Made by a program: the position numbers and the translations under genes. 64,000 nucleotides of DNA, from positions 199,577,346 to 199,641,345 of the forward strand of contig NC_068981.1 in assembly GCF_001194135.2 (NCBI RefSeq), written 5' to 3'. The notes beneath the pieces are model-generated. The model was given only the letters and a program-made list of their open reading frames with translations. It searched no databases and was not told the origin of the DNA. Shown here piece after piece: positions 63,023-64,000 of the stretch. Source of the DNA: Octopus bimaculoides. Its lineage: Eukaryota. Every line of letters begins with the position of its first letter. The first letter of the stretch is position 1.

Positions 63023-63124
63023 TGTACATGCATTTTTTACAGGCAGATAGATGGACAGATGAACAGATGGACAGACTAACAGACGAACAGACTGACAGAC
63101 AGACCGACAGACAGATACACAGAC

Positions 63125-63830
63125 ACAGACTCTCCCTGGCAAAGAATGTACCCCCACCACCCCAGCATAGACTAGTCATTAGTGATTTTAGACTCCAGAC
63201 CAGAAGGATGCCAAGAATCAGACCAATCTGGAAAAGAAGGATTTGAAAGCTTAAGGACCCTTTCCCATGGTCAGAGATTTCTCTGAGAAATTTAATGATG
63301 AGGAGGAACTGCAGGCTTGTAAGATAGGGAACAACTAGGAATTCCTGCAAGATAACTTGCTGAGTGCCACAGACCAAATCTGTGGCTGGTGCAAAGTCCC
63401 ATCCAGACCTAGGTGGTGGAATGATACTGTAGACAAGGTCATTAGAGCAAAGAAACAGGCCTGGAAGGACTGGAAGTGTTGGGGTAGCAGGGAACTGTAT
63501 CAGATAGCCAGGAAGGAAGCTAGGGGACAGATATATCTAGCCAGGAGAGAAGCAGAAAAGACGTTTGCCTATGTTTTATGATGTGAGGACCAGAGACTTG
63601 AAGTATTTTGGATTTCATGACAGTATGTGAGAGAAAATCGTGATATCATANNNNNNNNNNAGGACCAGAGACTTGAAGTATTTTGGATTTCATGACAGTA
63701 TGTGAGAGAAAATCGTGATATCATAGGAGAGAAATGTGTTCATATGGTTGATGGTGCACTTGTATTTAATGATTCTGCAAAGAAAGAGGCTGGGAAATGC
63801 CATTATGAAAGGCTGCTGAATGTAGAAAAT
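63125..63830 (+). mobile_element. RTE LINE fragment (APE end and linker)
   Basis: LPGKEC...QHRLVISDFRL, DNLLSATDQICGWCKVPSRPRWWNDTVDKVIRAKKQAWKDWK. Confidence 0.85.
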
Positions 63831-64000
63831 GAATGCTCTCCACACAAATAAAGTAACTCCAAAACTACTAAAATATATTAAACATGCAATGGCAAACTGG
63901 AAAACCAGTATAACATTGAAAAATGAATCAGAAGCCATTAAAACCTGCCCTATTTCTCAATAATAAGGGGTATTTTCCCAGGAGGCTTGCTGTCACCCCT

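Overview
AT-rich, repeat-dominated eukaryotic DNA from a gapped short-read assembly. The interspersed SINE and LINE-tail families look like those of octopus (inference from recognition, not a database search). No host protein-coding gene can be called with confidence. Nearly all recognisable coding potential belongs to decayed transposons: a Helitron 3' end (1-356), an internally deleted hAT with an 8-bp TSD (17012-18258), a full-length mariner with perfect TIRs (31757-33109), two further mariner fragments, Penelope-like elements (RT plus GIY-YIG), an R4/Dong-like REL retroelement joined to an RTE/BovB-like LINE, and many RTE, L2/CR1 and SINE remnants. Most ORFs in the supplied track are artefacts of microsatellites or N gaps. 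The most notable non-coding signals are a minimal type-I hammerhead ribozyme next to a Penelope remnant (41644-41691, minus), a motif-dense CpG-containing promoter at about 13.56-13.86 kb with no identifiable gene, two long fold-back hairpins, and a few candidate micro-exons. I found no evidence of a CRISPR array or of a clearly new multi-gene system.
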